NCBI GenBank assembly: GCA_001599295.1
Contig: BCGN01000003.1
Span: forward strand, 1,302,001 to 1,366,000
DNA: 64,000 nt
Source: Sporopachydermia quercuum
Taxonomy: Eukaryota
Direction of reading: 5' to 3'
The stretch's first letter is position 1, and each line of letters begins with the position of its first letter. Shown here in pieces: positions 60,750-64,000 of the stretch. The position numbers and the translations under genes are program-made. The notes beneath the pieces were generated by a model. The model was not told the DNA's origin. It worked only from the letters and a program-made list of their open reading frames with translations, and ran no database searches.

Positions 60750-62506
60750 TCTACTACACTAATGAACCACACCTAAACGTTTAATCTTCACATAGACATC
60801 TCAGCCAATCAATCCGTTCATAGCTGCCAATTAGTATTTTGCTAAGCGATCTGTACCTTACACCCTATACAGCACTTCTTTACAATCCACCAGCTAAGAA
60901 AACAACCCAATATAATACAATACTATACAACAAATTACCTAAGGACCTACTAGGCTTCTTTCAACATACCAGCTTACAAGAAACTTTCTCACCAAACATC
61001 GTTATCAACATTATTGTTATAATCAATAATTTTATCTTTATTTACTCGTCATTATAGGTCATACATAAAATTGGAATAATTCCACAGCTATAATCATGTG
61101 TCTTCTATACGAGGGTCCTCGTATATTTATNTCTAGATTGTTGGACACTTTTTTAATGACAATCTCCGGAACTTCAGGTATCAGCTTCCGTGTTATTTCC
61201 TCCGCTGCTGGCGGGTAAGAAAAGAATATAAATTGAAAATTTTTATGAGGAATGAGATTTCTTCTTTGGTATTGGAAATTTCTCGTGTAGAAGGAAGGAA
61301 TGCGATAAAAATATAGAAAAAGAGTATTGTTAACTATTTTGATATTATTGCTGTAGGATATGTATGCGATGGGAACAGTAAATTGGATTCTGAGCAATTA
61401 TTTTTAAATAGGGCTAGGACATAATGAATTAGCTTAAATGTGTTAATTTTGATATGATGTAAGTGTACTGTTGAATTGTATAATAAACTCTTAGATGCTC
61501 AGATATAATACTAGGCTGATTGAGTAAACAAATAGACCAATTAGAAGAGACAATTGATTGAGTGATGATCAAACAAACAAATTTCAAACTAGAGTATGTG
61601 ACTATTCAGAATGATCACAACGTTTTTAATGCTGACGAAAAATTGTCATGATAAATGGGTTAAATTTCAATAGAGGCTATTCAGTTTACTCGAGTTTTCT
61701 TCAGTGGAGAGGTTCTAACATGGTTTATTTATTAGTTCGTATATTTTACATCGACTAGCTGGAAAATTGTAGGATTCATTGAAAGAAATAGTGCTTAATA
61801 TGGTAAACTATGTGTAAAGAAATAAAGAGTACAGCTCACTAGTATATGAAATACTGAAAAGGCGCTCGTAGATTGTGGTAAATAAGTTAATCAATATTAG
61901 TAGTGAAGTATCCACAGAAGTTGATGATGTCAGTTATCATTATATTGAAACATAAAATATATTAATTAAGAATGTGCTATTAATGATTAAACTATTTCAG
62001 TTTGGTCTCTGAGTTATTGAGTATGACGATCCATGAGAGAGAGAACTGCGATCAAATTCTAGCAATCATCAGCCATAGTATTCAATTGAACTTGCGATCA
62101 TACTATGTTTCAAAAGAATATTTTCAGACTGCTCTTTCCTGCAAAGTATAAAAGATCAATGAATAAAGAATAATCAGTATTCAAATAACAGTAGAAGGGC
62201 TATGAACTGAAGAACGTGCCGTGTTCAGTTCAATTCCTGTTCATGAAGCATCTTCAGCTGGTCATGGTAGCCACAACTCGTGCACTTGTTTTTTTATATC
62301 TACATCAGTTGTATCGACAGCCTGTGCATTTTCAAATATAGTTACTATAATCAATTGCTTGAGTATCAGTTTCCATTTGATTCTTCAAAGTGTAAAGTCA
62401 CTTAATTCTTCAATATTAAACTTTTTTGATTTCGTCAAACTCTTCATCATTAACCAGCGACTGTCGCTCTCTTATCCCCATGCTTCTTCTAGAACAAGTA
62501 TTGCCT

Positions 62507-63767
62507 CTAATCCAACCGCCTCCATGCTTTGCTGTTCAATGAAAGATTTCCACTAGTCTTAGACCTGCGTACAGGAGATGAAGCAATAATTTCCAGCTTA
62601 CCAGGAACAAATCGAGAACTAGTACCTCCCAACTTTTGACCAATATTACCAACTGACAAACTACCAGCAGTACTTGTAGACTTTCTAATTGGCGTGGTTT
62701 GATTATTATTATTACTGTCATTGAGATTTCGAAGATTGCTGGATAATTTATTCATTGAAGTTGCACGAGACAAGGATCTCATACTAGTACTCTGGGGAAT
62801 CCGACTTCCAGATACCTTCAAGGATGGAATCGAATGAGTTTTTGGTTTTATTGCCACATCAGGTGTTCTTTCTAGAATATTAACAGGTTTAGAATTAAAG
62901 ATATTCCCATGAGGATTACTGGAAGCTGATTTGGTTTTATCTAGATTGATCGTTGGCAGCCGAGATCTTGATGGTGATTTATGCAATTTAGACAGTGATT
63001 TTCCCGTACTATTCGCAAAGAGATCCATACCTTGCTTCCGGGGACTTGTATGCAGAGTCTCTTTGGTGATAGTGTTTCCTTGGTTAGGATTATTAGGATT
63101 ATCATTATAAGGATCAATTTCTTGATACTGCGAATTATTAAAACCAGTACGACGTCTTTTGCTTGCACTTGATATGGTTGTACCTGTTAGTCGTTTACCT
63201 GTAGGAGTGTCTAGTATTTTATTTTGACTAATAGTATTGATATCCACATCCATATTACTATCAGGGCGATTGCTTCTATAAGGAGAACAGTCCTCATGAA
63301 TTTGAACCGTCCTGCTTGGTGGTAGATAGGTTGATGAGGATGCAATTGAAGCCATGTTGTTAAACCGTTTCTTGTGAATTATGTTATACCTTTTGCTGAT
63401 AGACGTCCTGCCAGCAGGACTTCTAGTAGGTGAGTTCATATCTGAGTTAAGTAATGAGGAGAAATTTGATTTTGCTAGCTCCTGTGATGCGATTCCTAGA
63501 TATAAAGTTAGTAAAATGACTCTAAAAGTGATGACAAATATTTCATTTTCCATGAAACTTACGTTGAGCTCTTGCATTCAGTTCATTAAACACATCATCT
63601 GTTAATCGTTTACTGTACCCCATTTCCGTCAACATCTCACTTTCAACTTCTCCTGAATCATGTGTGACTTTCCTAGGACTAGAAAACCCATTGAAATTGC
63701 GATTACTTTCCGGTGACAATGTAGTCCTTTTTCCTGCTAAGGAGACCTTTGATGCTGTCGATTTCAT
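62507..63767 (-). CDS. Basic Ser/Thr-rich 397-aa protein with a NuSAP-like motif; exons 63563..63767, 62507..63495
   Basis: Intron 63496..63562 (GTAAGT...TACTAAC...TAG) joins the two overlapping ORFs in frame (FNELNARAQ|RIASQE). Contains RYNIIHKKRFNNMASI. Confidence 0.8.
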
Positions 63768-64000
63768 GTTTGGTGATATCTGAGTATGAATTGAATTGAT
63801 GTTGAATAAATGATTGCCTTATAGATGACAAACCAAAAGATGAGGAGTAATTGCAGTTTGATATAAGAAGTTTCCCTTAAAAGATTAAATGCTGAGACAG
63901 TTGAAAATAGTAAGGTCTTCTATGGTATCTGATTATCAAACACCCTTCAGTCATCACCTCTCTCTTTTCACTGTATTCTTCAAGTGGAGTGACAGCGACA

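Noticed and set aside
61156..61390. Small spliced ORF MTISGTSGISFRVISSAAGG... using GTAAGA at about 61214
   Set aside because: It yields only about 27 aa with no motif. CGGGTAA is more simply a Reb1-type site upstream of the ZZ-finger gene.
62507..63767. Programmed frameshifts or pseudogenes suggested by overlapping or split ORFs (also APN1, USP, OPI10, DUG3)
   Set aside because: Every break is explained by a canonical, phase-consistent intron.

Overview
Eukaryotic, AT-rich genomic DNA from an unusually intron-rich budding yeast (Saccharomycotina-like proteins). It uses the standard code: CTG encodes conserved Leu in TIM22, APN1 and MSH6. I can support about 26 protein-coding genes and manually reconstructed 29 spliceosomal introns, mostly GTAAGT/GTATGT...CTAAC...YAG. 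In order: ALE1 (3' end), MED4, TIM22, an orphan tail-anchored coiled-coil protein (Kar1-like features), a divergent intronless importin-alpha, an orphan 2-TM protein, DUG3, a USP-domain protein, DTD1, FMO1, two identical tRNA-Thr(AGT) genes with a duplicated flank between them, APN1, NOP2, RAD27/FEN1, OPI10/Hikeshi, SIL1, MRI1, an AcrB-like protein, a flavin-reductase-domain protein, SAM50, ECM9-like, a PWI-only protein missed by the ORF track, a Yap-type bZIP, MSH6, a KDM4-type JmjC demethylase, a TM/ZZ/EF-hand-like protein and a basic protein with a NuSAP-like motif. The most notable observations are a 5-nt microexon encoding the catalytic Asp34 of FEN1, a block of three fast-evolving genes at 4.5-12.6 kb, the NuSAP-like motif, two zinc fingers split by long insertions, and several cryptic or alternative splicing signals. 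All calls come from reading the sequence and recalling protein families; no database searches were run.
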